A stretch of 63,898 bases of DNA, the filler included, from Octopus bimaculoides (taxonomy: Eukaryota), in assembly GCF_001194135.2 (NCBI RefSeq). It is 10 parts of 8 records of this genome, joined end to end, with 100 filler letters (N's around TTAATTAATTAA, not from the genome) between each part and the next. Parts side by side here need not be neighbours in the genome. Positions count along the whole stretch, not along the records: positions 37,756 to 51,999 come from NC_068996.1; 9 more parts are not named here. One strand, given 5' to 3'. Position 1 is the first letter of the stretch, and each line of letters opens with the position of its first letter. The notes beneath the pieces are model-generated. The model did no database searches. It was not told where the DNA came from and saw only the letters and a list, made by a program, of their open reading frames with translations. A program made the position numbers and the translations under genes. This document shows positions 38,297 to 49,799 of the stretch, in pieces.

Positions 38297-39259
38297 CCTA
38301 TATGAGTGCATATGTATGTGAGTATGTTTGATTTTCAACATACACATGCATGCTCACATACATACACATGTAAATCTAAAGATGCTGTGTTCAATGTGTC
38401 ATAGTATTAAGAATTTCTTATTTTGAGTCAATGAAAGTGCTTCTAAATGATCACTTGAACCACAAGAAACAGCAGTCAAAATTACCCTCAAATTACAATC
38501 TCACTATCCAATGAAATGGGGAAGACACATTTGACAATGTAGCCTTCAATTCACTCTCTGTAAGGGAAAAAGGAGATGGTTACACTCAATGTTTTCATCA
38601 ATTTCTTTTACTGGCAAAGAGCACATTTGTAGCTAGTTCCAGTATTATTACTGTTACTTTTATCCATCAGACCCATATTTAAGGCATATTGTCTCTATGT
38701 ATAGCTCAGTGCAAGATCTGAACTCACCATGTACTCCTGTCTTCCTGAACTTGAAGTAGATTATCAGTAGAGAAACCACTTGAAAGTCATAAATACAACA
38801 AGGCCTTTTGTTCTGCCAAGCATATTTGTAGCTGAGATTTCATCACACCCCATAACTCAATATTATCCACTGCATCCATAATCTTGAATTCTTCTCAGAA
38901 GTTTAACCCTATGTTTATCCTCACTATCAACTGCTTTTGTGAATTACTTCAAAATTCTTCTCAAATAATATTTTGAAGTTAACACCTTAAACCTTTAGCT
39001 ATTATATCTTTATTGACTAAACCCTTTCCCTCCACCAAAAAGAGGCCTAGACATTAAAAATTAATATTATATAAGAACAGTAGAGAGAATATGAAACAAT
39101 TCAATTTCTTAACAACAGTTTCTGAGCTTAAAACTTCATTGAGGTTTTTTTTTTNNNNNNNNNNNNNNNNNNNNNNNNNNNNNNNNNNNNNNNNNNNNNN
39201 NNNNNNNNNNNNNNGGGGTTACATTTCATTATCTTAAGACAACTCACATCTGCAACCTA

Positions 39260-39520
39260 CTACACATTTGTTACATCAAGTGAACCACTATGTGGTCACT
39301 GACCCTGATAGAAATATCACACAGATCTCTTGTCAAATCACACCTAATGTTTAGAGAGAAAGAGAAACCAAGAGAATTGGTAAGAGTCATTAGAGAGTTG
39401 GCCAAGTCACTTGACCTCTATCATTGCTTTAATTGCAATGTTATGGACAATTCTCAGAAAAGTTGGTTGTTCCAATGTATTTACAAATATCATCACATCT
39501 TTACATGATGATATTGTTGG
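39260..39520 (-). mobile_element. Very old Penelope-type GIY-YIG remnant (tentative)
   Basis: Minus frames give NNIIM*RCDDICKYIGTT and RIVHNIAIKAM...GQLSNDSYQFSW, a weak echo of the PLE endonuclease pattern. Confidence 0.25.
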
Positions 39521-39607
39521 TTGGTTTTGGTAAAGCAATATTTGAACCCACTTACAGTCAGTGGTGATATAACTGCTCTTCTCTATTTGCCTTATATTTC
39601 ACTGCAG

Positions 39608-39637
39608 TTTTCAATCCCTTTCAAAGACACACAACTG
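39608..39637 (+). CDS. Candidate 30-nt micro-exon (phase 1-1), xFNPFQRHTT
   Basis: Acceptor TATTTCACTGCAG, donor GTAAGT, open frame, and phase compatible with the downstream candidates. Confidence 0.3.
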
Positions 39638-40757
39638 GTAAGTTATTTGACCTAAAACAGCTTAATCCTAAAGCATACACTTTTGCATTCTTAATAAGAG
39701 ATTTTCACAAAAGAGCATGCTTTATTTTATATCAGATCAGTGGTTTTCATTTAGTTGTTCTCTATATTTTTAGCTCTCTCCAATATTGTTTTGATTCAGT
39801 CTCAATTTTTATCATTTTTTCTAACTTTATTTCAAAGTTTTCTAGTGACTACAACTTGCTTTTTGAAAAGACAGTATGTAGTTAATAACCTTGATGTATT
39901 AGAAAGTTAATTTCCTTAACATCCTTTTTTGTTGAATGCTTTCTAGAATCCACCATATTTTTCATGCAGATGATTTTTCTTCAGTCTTTGAAGTAACAAC
40001 TTTATACTGGATCAATAGGATTTTTCCTCCTTCAGTTTTTCTTTTATTTCTTCTTTCTTCAAATTTTCCCCTCTCTATATTTCTAACTTTTTCTCTCTCT
40101 CCCCCCCCCCCTCTCTCTCTCTTTCACACAAACAAACACACTAAAAACAAACCTACGCTCAAAGCAAGCACAGGCACATTCATTTCTTTCTTGCCCATCT
40201 CCCTTAATTATGTATAGACAATATACACTGGAACACTAATTATTAATATTGCACATTTAAAAATCATACCTTTTGTAAATTATATGGTTTCAAATACCAC
40301 TGAAGGTAGAAAATAATTTCTTTCGTGATTTTATATTTTAATTTGTTTATAATTAAAAAATATTCAGGTATTATGTTCCATGAATCAGACTTGATTTTTA
40401 AGAAAATTTGTCTGATATTCCTAGCAAGTCAACTAACCACTTAGAGGTGTCCCTTGTTGGTTTATCTGTTCTGATTCTATAAGTGTTGACTATAAACAAG
40501 CCTTACCTTTATGTTTGATAGAATTATGATGATCAGCCAAATACCAAAAAGACTCACCAAAATGAGTACTTCTGTCTTTAAAGAAAGATATCTTAAATCT
40601 GGAAAAAAAAAGTTAAAAAGTAAAATGTGTTGAAACCAAAGCAACTATATCATTGGAGAGCCATTTTAATCATCCAAAAACACAGAAAAGCTGATAATTC
40701 ACTTTAAATTGATTTTATGTTGTGTCAAATTTTTGTCATGCAACTGCAATCTAACAG

Positions 40758-40802
40758 TGTTCCACTGCCAGTTGTATGAGTTTCAGCGACCAGATCACAA
40801 TG
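40758..40802 (+). CDS. Candidate 45-nt exon (phase 1-1), VFHCQLYEFQRPDHN
   Basis: Acceptor CTAACAG (weak pyrimidine tract), donor GTAAGT, open frame. Confidence 0.3.
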
Positions 40803-42159
40803 GTAAGTTAGAAATTTCAATATTTCAAGAAAAGTCAATAAAACATTTTTTTTTTTGCTTTTAAATAGTTAAAATGGTTCATCTAGGATTGCAAAACAAA
40901 CTTAACATTAAAAAAAAAATTTATCTGTAGATAGTTTGCTAACATTCCAATAAAATTTTAAATGAAAGTAATACGAAAAAAAACATGTTTACTCTCCTTG
41001 TGGATGAGTAGTAAAAGCATCTACTAAAGATTTTACTGGAATAAAGTAATTAGTATTTAGAATAAGAATTGTGATGTGAAATCAAGCTTTCAAACTGCTA
41101 TTAATGAAATAAATCAAGCATGTTCCTTTCTAGTTTCCTTCTCTTTTGATTTTACTCTAAACCTCCTTTTTTCCTCATGCCATTTTCTTCTTCTCCATCT
41201 TCTTTGTCTCCTACCCCTCGTCTAACTTCTTTTGCTCCTTTTTTCCATCCCCATGTTATCATAATTATCTTAGTTTCATTCATCTCTATAACCTTTTTCC
41301 ATTGTTGTTGTCATGTTCAGTCCCTTGTATAAATCTTTATGCATGGGTTTGTTATACTAATTATCATGTACACAAATATTAAAAAAATAGCTGAAAAACT
41401 CAAAAATGTATACACTAAAATTTTTTTTATACAAAATATTTGTAGCAATGTGCAACTCATTTTTTCCTTGCTCCCTTCCATCCTTCTCACTTGTGTTATG
41501 TATGTTTATACATGTAATACATGTTATATATGTTTATATATGTTCACAAGGAATGGTGGGGATCAAATATGATGGTAGAGAAAAGCCAGGAAGAGATAAG
41601 TGGTGGCAAAGTGGAAGGCATGCACTCAAGATAAAGGGGGGATCAGAATATAAATGGTAAGGTATTGCCAAGGTGCATGAGTAGTAAGTAGAGACTTCAC
41701 ATGAATACAAGGAGTGTGAGGTGGGGTATGCAATGACTGGTAAAACCTGGGCATATAGAGATGGGGGATAACAGGATAGCAATGATACAGTGAGCAGGGC
41801 AGTGAGGACAAGATTGGAGAGCAAGAGATAAGCATAAGCATAGTGCATGAAAAGAGGAAATGTGAGGAAGAGGAGAGATGTAATTTGTTAGAGTAGGATG
41901 TCAGCAGAAGTAAAACAGTATTTAGAACTATAAGAATTCCTTCTTCAAGGGCTTGGTATGTTAGCTGCAGGATAAGTTAGCATGGTTAAACAGTAAAACA
42001 GGAACAATTTTTGAGGAGAATGTATCTGAATTGTAAGGATGGTAGTAGTGATGCTGATGGTGCTCATTAGTAGTGAGGGAGAAAGATGGGTGATAGCAAG
42101 TTTTATATTGGTTAACAAATTAGTAATGAAGTCTATAAGATGGTGATAGTGGCAGTGGT

Positions 42160-42367
42160 TTAACCCTTTAGCATTCACATTATTCTGTCAAAAGTAATTG
42201 TTTTGAATTAATCATGCATTGTCTTATAGCCTTGAGATTCTGATGAGGTAACTTAATTTTTAGAATGATATTGTAGGGTTGGTGTGAGGCCAGATCTGGC
42301 CAGTTTGAACATAAAACAGGTAAAATATTTAGACCAGATATAACCAGTTTAAATGCCAAATGGTTAA
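42160..42367. mobile_element. piggyBac-like MITE with TTAA ends
   Basis: TTAA-CCCTTTAGCATT ... AATGCCAAATGG-TTAA: short imperfect TIRs with TTAA on both sides. Confidence 0.7.
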
Positions 42368-42722
42368 TACTGGGGATGGTCATAATAGTGATGGTATTGT
42401 TAAAAAGAAAAGATATAAAAGAGAATAAAATATAATGTTGGTTGTAATGCCAGTTGTAATAGTAGTAGATGAAACTTGGGGGAGAAGCATTGAAGTAAGT
42501 TGAAAAAGGCTTCAGGTTACAGAATTTCACATTGTAGTAAGATTTTCAGAAACATGTTTCCATAGCACAGTGCATGACTGTACCTTTCTGAGTTAGGTTG
42601 CAGCAGTCTTTAAAACAGATTTAAATGACAAATCAACTATTGTTTCTCAAAAATGTACTTCCAAAGATAGAAATCTGGAATGGAGCCATCCGGAGGGGTG
42701 TATGTGTATGTGTGCATGTGCA

Positions 42723-42770
<48 letters not shown>

Positions 42771-42780
42771 TGTGTGCGTG

Positions 42781-42945
42781 TAGGTTCAACATGGCCAAAT
42801 AGTTAAGTTCACTTCTCAACCCTCAACCATGTGATCCTGGGTCTAGTCCCACTGTGTGATATTCTGGGCAAATGTCATTTTGTAGCCTCGCACTGACTCA
42901 TATCTTGTGAGTGAAATTGGCTAAACTTTATAGAAGCCTGTTGAG
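42781..42945 (+). mobile_element. SINE family B, degraded
   Basis: CCTGGGTCTAGTCCCACTGTGTGATATTCTGGGCAAATGTC...CTTGTGAGTG. Confidence 0.6.
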
Positions 42946-43067
42946 TGGATTTTACCTATAATTAATGAAGTACACCCTCATCACATGTTGTGTTACACTG
43001 AATCTTCGAGAATTATGCTAAGAAATACTCAACTACCCACATTTATATTTATATATATATGTATATT

Positions 43068-43495
43068 AAATTAATAAGAATAGAGGTTTATATATCCAGT
43101 TTTATTTTGCTATCAATCACATCTTTCCATTTCTGCACCTACATATGTTTCTACTGCATTTTCATGTACACTGCAAAATTTTGCTTCTTGGTGTGCATTT
43201 TAGTGTTAATTGCCGCCTCTTCAGGGTGCTATTAACAGCATTTCAGATCTCATCTGAGCTAAATATTAGTCCAACCCCAAAAAAGTTGAACAAGTACTTA
43301 GTTAAGATGGGATCTGAAACGCTGTAAAAAGCACACTAAAGAAGCAACAATTAACACTAAAATGCCCACCAAGAAGTAAAATTTTGCAGTGTACACGAAA
43401 ATGCAGCAGAAACGTATGTAGGTGCAGAAATGGAAAGATGTGATTCACAGGAGAATAAAACTGGATATATAAATTTTTATTCTCCTTATTAATTT
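43068..43495. mobile_element. Fold-back element / MITE with ~190-bp inverted arms (43068-43255 and 43305-43495)
   Basis: The arms align as reverse complements, e.g. AATCACATCTTTCCATTTCTGCACCTACATA against TATGTAGGTGCAGAAATGGAAAGATGTGATT, with a 49-nt loop. Confidence 0.9.
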
Positions 43496-44227
43496 ATTAT
43501 TTCTTCTCTACTGACAGCATGCACTTTCTGTAGAAACATTTACCAATGTGAAGATTTACTGTGGATAGTAAAATAAACTAACTGGAATTTAATACAGTAC
43601 CTGCTAGGATTATATATCCCTATATCCAGATAATTCCTGACTTTCTTGCCTAAGCGTGCACTTTTCTATGTATTTTGCCCTGATCGTAATATCTTATTTA
43701 GTGCTCAAATTCATTTTCAGTTGTCCTTAACGATGTCGTCAAACCCAATCATTTATTCAAGTTTTTCAGTTTTTATTTCCTCACATAGTCACCTATCTCA
43801 TTAATTCTGTCTTAGACTTAGCTGGCCGAAAACCCCTTATTTCTCAATTCTATTTCTATTTCTACCATTCAATATTTACTGTGTCTACGCAACAGAAATC
43901 CCCTAAATATCTCCCTATCTACCTCCCTCATGCAGCGGCCTAACACCCCCCCCCTGTTTACTCTGTCTCTTTCAATATCTACTTCACTCTGCCTCTCTCG
44001 ATCCTCNNNNNNNNNNNNNNNNNNNNNNNNNNNNNNNNNNNNNNNNNNNNNNNNNNNNNNNNNNNNNNNNNNNNNNNNNNNNNNNNNNNNNNNNNNNNNN
44101 NNNNNNNNNNNNNNNNNNNNNNNNNGATTTCCTTCATTTGTTCATAGAAACTCTGCTGAATTAATACGACCATAGAACCATGTCCAGATAAGTCCTGACT
44201 TTCTTGCCTAAGCGTGTACTAAGAACT

Positions 44228-44512
44228 TTCGAGCGAGATCATTGCCAGTGCCCCTGGACTGGCTCTTGTGCAGATGGCACATAAAATACACCATTTTGAG
44301 CGTGGCCTTTGTGCCGGTGGCACGTAAAAGCACCCACTACACTCTCTGAGTGGTTGGCGTTAGGAAGGGCATCCAGCTGTAGAAACTCTGCCAAATCAGA
44401 TTGGAGACTGGTGTAGCCATCTGGTTTCACCAGTCCTCAGTCAAATCGTCCAACCCATGCTAGCATGGAAAGCGGACGTTAAACGACGATGATGATGATG
44501 ATGATGATGATG
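44228..44512 (+). mobile_element. SINE family E, 5'-truncated, RTE-like tail ending (GAT)n
   Basis: ...CAGTCCTCAGTCAAATCGTCCAACCCATGCTAGCATGGAAAGCGGACGTTAAACGACGATGATG, nearly identical to the 49215-49278 tail. Confidence 0.85.
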
Positions 44513-44822
44513 CTGATAGTTGGCCCTACAAATTTGACGATGGCCTAGTAACAGCAAAAATAGTGAACTAAATAAACAAAAAATATATTAATAAATAAAA
44601 AGGTAGCAAACTGGCAGAATTGTTAACAAAAAAGACAAAATGCTGAGCATTTCATGCAGCTTTACATTCTGAGTTCAGATGCCTTCAAGATTGAACGCTG
44701 TGGTCAACTTTATCTCTCCCCTAAGATTGCTGGCCTTGAGCCAAAATTCAAAACCATGTTAATAAAAAGGAAGAAAGAAAGAGAACAAAGGGAATGCTAA
44801 TTTATAGCTTTTATTTTGACAG

Positions 44823-44902
44823 AGACCTATTATAAGAGAGAAGTATTTGCCATAGATTATCATACACCTGTTCATTTATACCAGGATTATCAGAGGGGTT
44901 TG
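44823..44902 (+). CDS. Candidate 80-nt exon (phase 1-0), ETYYKREVFAIDYHTPVHLYPGLSEGF
   Basis: Strong acceptor GCTAATTTATAGCTTTTATTTTGACAG, donor GTGAGC, open frame with ordinary composition, and it splices in frame to 45139. Confidence 0.5.
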
Positions 44903-45138
44903 TGAGCTAACTTTTGACTACTGTTATGAAGATTCATAAAAATTCAAATTAGTTGTAGCCTGATACTAGCTTTTTTGCTCCCATGAATTTGGATTGATCT
45001 TTCAGTCTTTTGAATTTGCTTTCAGTGCATCTTTGAATGTTTTATGTGGTAGACCAATGCTGCACTTACTATTTGTTGGCTAAGAGTAGAAAATTGCTTT
45101 TGGCAAACTCAAGTTAGATATTCTGATAATTTATTCAG

Positions 45139-45379
45139 TTGTTGTCCAATGTGTCTAGTGTAGAACCAGATACTCTGACAACAATACAACAAGATTTGCT
45201 TGAACTTAACAAACTGATGGCATTAGTACACCTGAAAATCTCAGTTTCTAGAATTTTATTCTACCACCTCAGCCATACAGAAATGATTAAGCTTCTTGGT
45301 ATAGAATTGGCACACTGTCCAATTTTCAGCACCATAAAGAAGAGTCAGAAAGATGAGAGTATTACAAGTTTTGACTTTG
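45139..45379 (+). CDS. Candidate 241-nt coding exon (phase 0-1) of an unidentified protein, LLSNVSSVEPDTLTTIQQDLLELNKLMALVHLKISVSRILF...ESITSFDF
   Basis: Acceptor TTATTCAG sits immediately 5' of an 80-codon non-repetitive open frame with helical amphipathic character. Donor GTATGT is at 45380. Confidence 0.55.
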
Positions 45380-45520
45380 GTATGTATGCAAATATCTGGG
45401 GCTGTTTCTGATAACTTCCTATCATTTCGAAAGCCATGGTGAAAAAGAAATTGAAAAGATCCCTGTGAAAACAGAGAAAACCCAACTTATGTGGGCATCC
45501 TGATCTGAAACTCAACTCTG

Positions 45521-45556
<36 letters not shown>

Positions 45557-45559
45557 TGG

Positions 45560-48050
45560 ATAAGGTCAGTGTATTACAGGATTACCCTGGGTTTCACGTC
45601 CATAAAGCACTTAGCTTTATAGCATATCATCAGATCCCAAATCTGTTCGCTTATGGCCGCTCTCGAAAATGGAAGAGGAAAGGACCTTGCTACTCAACGT
45701 CAACAACAGGGAGTTGCCTCCCTTTGGATATTAATCATAAGTGACTCTGTTATCTTGTGGGTTCCAATAGGCCAATAGAAAATTCCTGAAATGTAAGCAC
45801 AGTCCGAAGATCTCCATTCTGGAGTTAAGGAAGTTCCCCAGGTTGAAGGAGTCCTTTAGTATCCTCACCCATTCTGCTATGCACAGTTTACAACACTTGG
45901 TTCCGTTTATGGAGAGGCCTGAATTTTCTAGGATTCTCCATTATATTGTGTATGGAAGCCTGTCGTCCTTCAGCTGCCTTACATGGCTGGCTAATGATAT
46001 AACGTATCTCCTTTCTGGTATACTGAAGGAGGATCTGTGGTTGGAGAGGTGTTGCTTGACTGTGCTACCGGAGCAACCAATGTATCTCCATGCTCGGCTG
46101 TTGGTGTTGCTGTTACTGCTGTCGTTGGTACTGGTGCTGTTGGTGTGTCATTGGAGGTGGTGATGGTGCCATGACTGCTGGTGTTGGTAATGGTGCTGTT
46201 GTTGTTGTTATGATCATCGTCGTTGATGGAGGTGCTGTCACTGCTGTTATAGATATCATTGGTGATGGCTCTGCTGCTATTTCCATTAGGGATACTGCCA
46301 TTGCTGTTATCATTGTTATCACTGGTGATGGTGCTGCTGCTGGTTTTGTTTGTGTCTCTGCTGCTGCTACTATTGGTACTGTTGACCATGCTGTTGTAGT
46401 AGCTGTTGGGGAAGCTGCTGATGTTGCTGCTGCTACTAAGGTCGGCCAGTACTTCAGCTTCAGAGACAACTGCCTTGGTTTCGTAGTGGCCCCTCACTGG
46501 GCATCTGTTGTGGTTCCTGCATGAGCATCCTGCCTCTGCTCATGGTTTAGGAGTGTTAACTAGAATGCAATTAATACTGGGGGCACAGCTAAGAGGCCCA
46601 ATGGCATGTAGGAGATGTGGTCTCTAAATTCACTAGCAGCTAGAGCCTCATTATAGTAGGGGGCTGTACCATCGAAAATATCTTGGCTGAAGGAAAGGTT
46701 CGTGATCTTGTTAACACCCTTCACCAGGATTTTGAATGCAATGGGTGGGTGACAGGCGGCTTTGTTGATGTACATTAGCCTCTCATTTGGTTTGCGTTAG
46801 GGTCTGTATGTATTGGAGCCCAAGTCGAGCGTGACATCTAAGAAGTCCATGGTGGGGAGATTGGTATCAATGGTAAGTTTCAGTCCCATGGAGCCAAGTG
46901 TGCTAATTAGGTCTTTCCTAAGCCTGTCTGGGGTGTGCCAATTTACTCCTCTAGAAATGGCCAGGGCATCATCTCTGTAGAGACCAAAGAGGACAGAGGG
47001 GAACCTTTTCTTAAGGGTATCAAGGATATACAACCCAATGATGTCACATACATCAGTGCTGTCATAAACCCCCATCGCTACGTCAAAGGAGCCCATGGAG
47101 TTGGATTGCTTGACCGAGGTCGAACCCTTATTGAGCAGCACTAACATCAGTGAAGCCCCTAGCAAAGGAAAGTGCCTTGACTAGTAACCCTTTTGATATA
47201 AACAAGTAAAAATCAACTGTCAAACTGGGTGAACTTTGCTCTATCTCGCCCCTTGTTGGTATAAAACCATGTATCACCTCATTGGAGCTACATGAACGGG
47301 AAAGGCTAGTAGCTCTCCTTATGTCATTATTGATGTTTCTCAATGTGCTTGATTGCTAAGCCAATCTTGGATTTGGCCGGATTAATCAAGCAGCTTTGGG
47401 GTTTGAGGCAAAGTTCGCATTATGATCTTTGATGGTGAAAAAAAAATCCCTTTTAACTAAGATCTCTACCCTGTCAGCTATATCTAAGTTGTTGATTAAT
47501 TATTTGGCTTCACTGTTGATGTTGTAGTATGTGTGTGGGGAAGCACATCTATAACTATGGGATGATGTTTTCTAGTAGCCTACTGTAATTAAGGGTGTCT
47601 CTCCTATATAGGAGTTTAGTCTTTTTTGAGAAGATTAAGGACCTATCCGAGTTTTTTAGCAGTCTAAAGTTGGCACAAAGCTTATGTTGGAAGGAGAAAG
47701 AGGACTTATGGAATTTTAGCTTGGGAATGATGCCCAGTAGAACCTCTTCAAAGGGCTTGAGGTCTTTGATCTTGGGTGGGTATTTCCTAGATTTGATCCC
47801 ACAGATATTGCTCTCCAGGGATGGTGTGGATAGGTTGTGGTGGAAGGCTTTCCATCCCATTCGCCTTATTACAGCCATCATTTTTTCTAGCAGCATCTGA
47901 GCAGCTCATTAGACAGTGTAGGTATATTCTTAGTGGAGTAGCCAAGGTCAAAACATTCCATATTTTTGAGAGACCAAGTGGTTTCTGTAAATATGTATAA
48001 GCATAGCCTGCTGGTCAGCTGTTTAACACAAATCACGTGGTCTTTGTAAA
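45560..48050 (-). mobile_element. Nearly full-length decayed Penelope-like element of the Hydra-clade type (RT plus C-terminal GIY-YIG; ORF about 47961 to 45731)
   Basis: N-terminus MECFDLGYSTKNIP...LLEKMMAVIRRMGWKAF; GIKSRKYPPKIKDLKPFEE; RT motifs VDFY, SFDVAMGVYDSTDVCDIIGLYIL, GLYRDDAL and DFLDVTLDL; zinc region GCSCRNHNRCPVRGH; endonuclease RYIGCSG...NHRSSFS...WRIL...CKLCIAE...LNSRME. There are multiple frameshifts and stops. Confidence 0.9.
45578..45638 (-). ncRNA. Type I hammerhead ribozyme in the 3' terminal region of the Hydra-type PLE
   Basis: Minus strand parses as GGGAT-CTGATGA-[TATG-CTATAAAGC-TAAGT-GCTTTATGG-ACGT]-GAA-ACCC-A-GGGT-A-ATCCT: stem I GGGAT/ATCCT, palindromic stem III and a GUA triplet. 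The proximal part of stem II is imperfect. Confidence 0.65.
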
Positions 48051-48072
48051 ATACTCAGTATATATGCACACA

Positions 48073-48120
<48 letters not shown>

Positions 48121-48704
48121 CGCGTATGTATATATAAATATTTGAATTTGTAAATAAACAGGCCAACAACATCCAGTGTCTCTGGCTCGCCAACATTTTA
48201 TTTGAAATCTTCCCTATTTGTTTACACATCTTATTCACCAAAATTTATTTTAAATAAGATGTTTTTATATAAGCACCAACTTAATAAACAATTTTCAGTG
48301 AAAAAAGAAGTTCAGTGATTCGAAATTCAAGGGGGCGAAGTTCAAAAGTAAGGATTAAGCAGAAGCATTAACACTGCCAAGATGAAACTTTTACATATTC
48401 TCCCTACCTGCTAGAAATAGCAGCCAAATTTTCTTTAAACTACACTATAGTGGCAAAAAAAGAAAAATAGAGGATACTTACAGAAGAATGAGAGGATCCA
48501 CATTTTATTTTATATCCATGTATATTCTGTAATTTCACTCCTAATTTAATATTCAATTTTTTCAGTTCGTTTTTATATAATTTGTGCACATAACTTTTTT
48601 TTTGTACTTATATGTTTATTCTAGGATCACGACCCACAAATCAAATTAAATGAGCAGTTTTTTTTAAAACATATGTGTATGTGTGAACATATCTTTTAAA
48701 TATA

Positions 48705-49278
48705 CCTTTCCTTCATTGGACACTAAACTCCGCTTTCAAAGACCTGTTGAGGCAAGTGAAATCGATATCAAACTAAATTCGATGACTGGCACCCATGCCA
48801 ACATCTCCTTCATTGGACACGAAACTCAGCTTGTGAAGACCTGTTTGGGGCGAGTGAAACCAAAATCGTGATGGCACCTGTACCAGTGAAGCGCTAAGAG
48901 CACCGTCCAAGCATGAGTGTTGCCAGAGCAGCTCTCTGGCTTCCATGCCAGTGGCACGTAAATAGCACCATGTCGCCTGCCTGGCACATGAAAAGACATT
49001 CGAGCGAGGTCGTTGCTAGTGCCGCTGGACTGGCTCCTGTGCAGGTGGCATGTAAAATACACCATTTTGAGCATGGCCATTGCTAGTACTGCCTGACTGG
49101 CCTTCGTGCCGGTGGCATGTAAAAGCACCCACTACACTCTAGGAGTGATTAGCATAAGGAAAGGCATCAAGCCATAGAAACTCTTCTAGATCAGATTGCA
49201 GCCATCCGGTTCACCAGTCCTCAGTCAAATCGTCCAACCCATGCTAGCATGGAAAGCAGATGTTAAACGATGATGATG
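48705..49278 (+). mobile_element. SINE family E, long copy with internal tandem subrepeats
   Basis: Two CCTTCATTGGACAC...AAGACCTGTT units, several GCCAG...GTGGCA(C/T)GTAAA units, then the same tail as 44228-44512. Confidence 0.8.
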
Positions 49279-49799
49279 AGAAAGACTTGGCTCTAGGTGT
49301 GTCTAGGGTGTGACTTTAAACTGCAACCAGCTGTGGAACCCTGGTACAAGAGTTCCAGGCTTTTGAGGAGTGTAGAACTACCTCTTAACCACTATTGTTC
49401 CCAGGTGTACACTGACCCAGAGTAATAGCACCCATTTGAGTCCCAGCTATGGGTTAACTAGCATGTCAACTAAGCCCTTTTTTATCTTCCTTCTTTTGCC
49501 AAAACTAGAACAGCATCTGTTCCAGCATCTGGAATCTGCTCTGGTCACTCACCCTCTACGCCTGTGGCATTCAGCGGCATGTTGTGTGTTTTGTGCTGTT
49601 ATTAGCGACAACAGGACAAAGCCAAGCGGGCTGGCTGTAAAGCAACTTTTTACAGTTTAATTTTTAAACATTACTTTCTAAGCCTAGGATGCAAATTATT
49701 TTCTAAGTAGGGGATGCAAATTTTGATTTTGTGCTCCCCACAGGAAAAAAAAAATTAATGGGTGCAAGTGCAGTAATGTCAAGACAAGGAAAGGGCTAC

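Noticed and set aside
38700-38960. Possible LINE RT remnant (KAVDSEDKHRVKLLRRIQDYG on the minus strand)
   Set aside because: A single weak motif that I could not extend to other RT motifs.
43518-43580. Extra + strand exon after the strong acceptor TTCTTCTCTACTGACAG
   Set aside because: Phases 0 and 1 hit stops quickly, and joining via the weak GTGAAG donor to 44823 creates TAG.
46506-46535. In-frame TGA in the PLE (KP*AEAGCSC) as selenocysteine
   Set aside because: It lies in a non-catalytic linker of a copy with many other lesions. CGA-to-TGA decay is the simpler explanation, and I recognised no SECIS.
48728-48775. CTGTTGA...GAAA in SINE E as a hammerhead
   Set aside because: Stem II and stem I cannot be formed convincingly.
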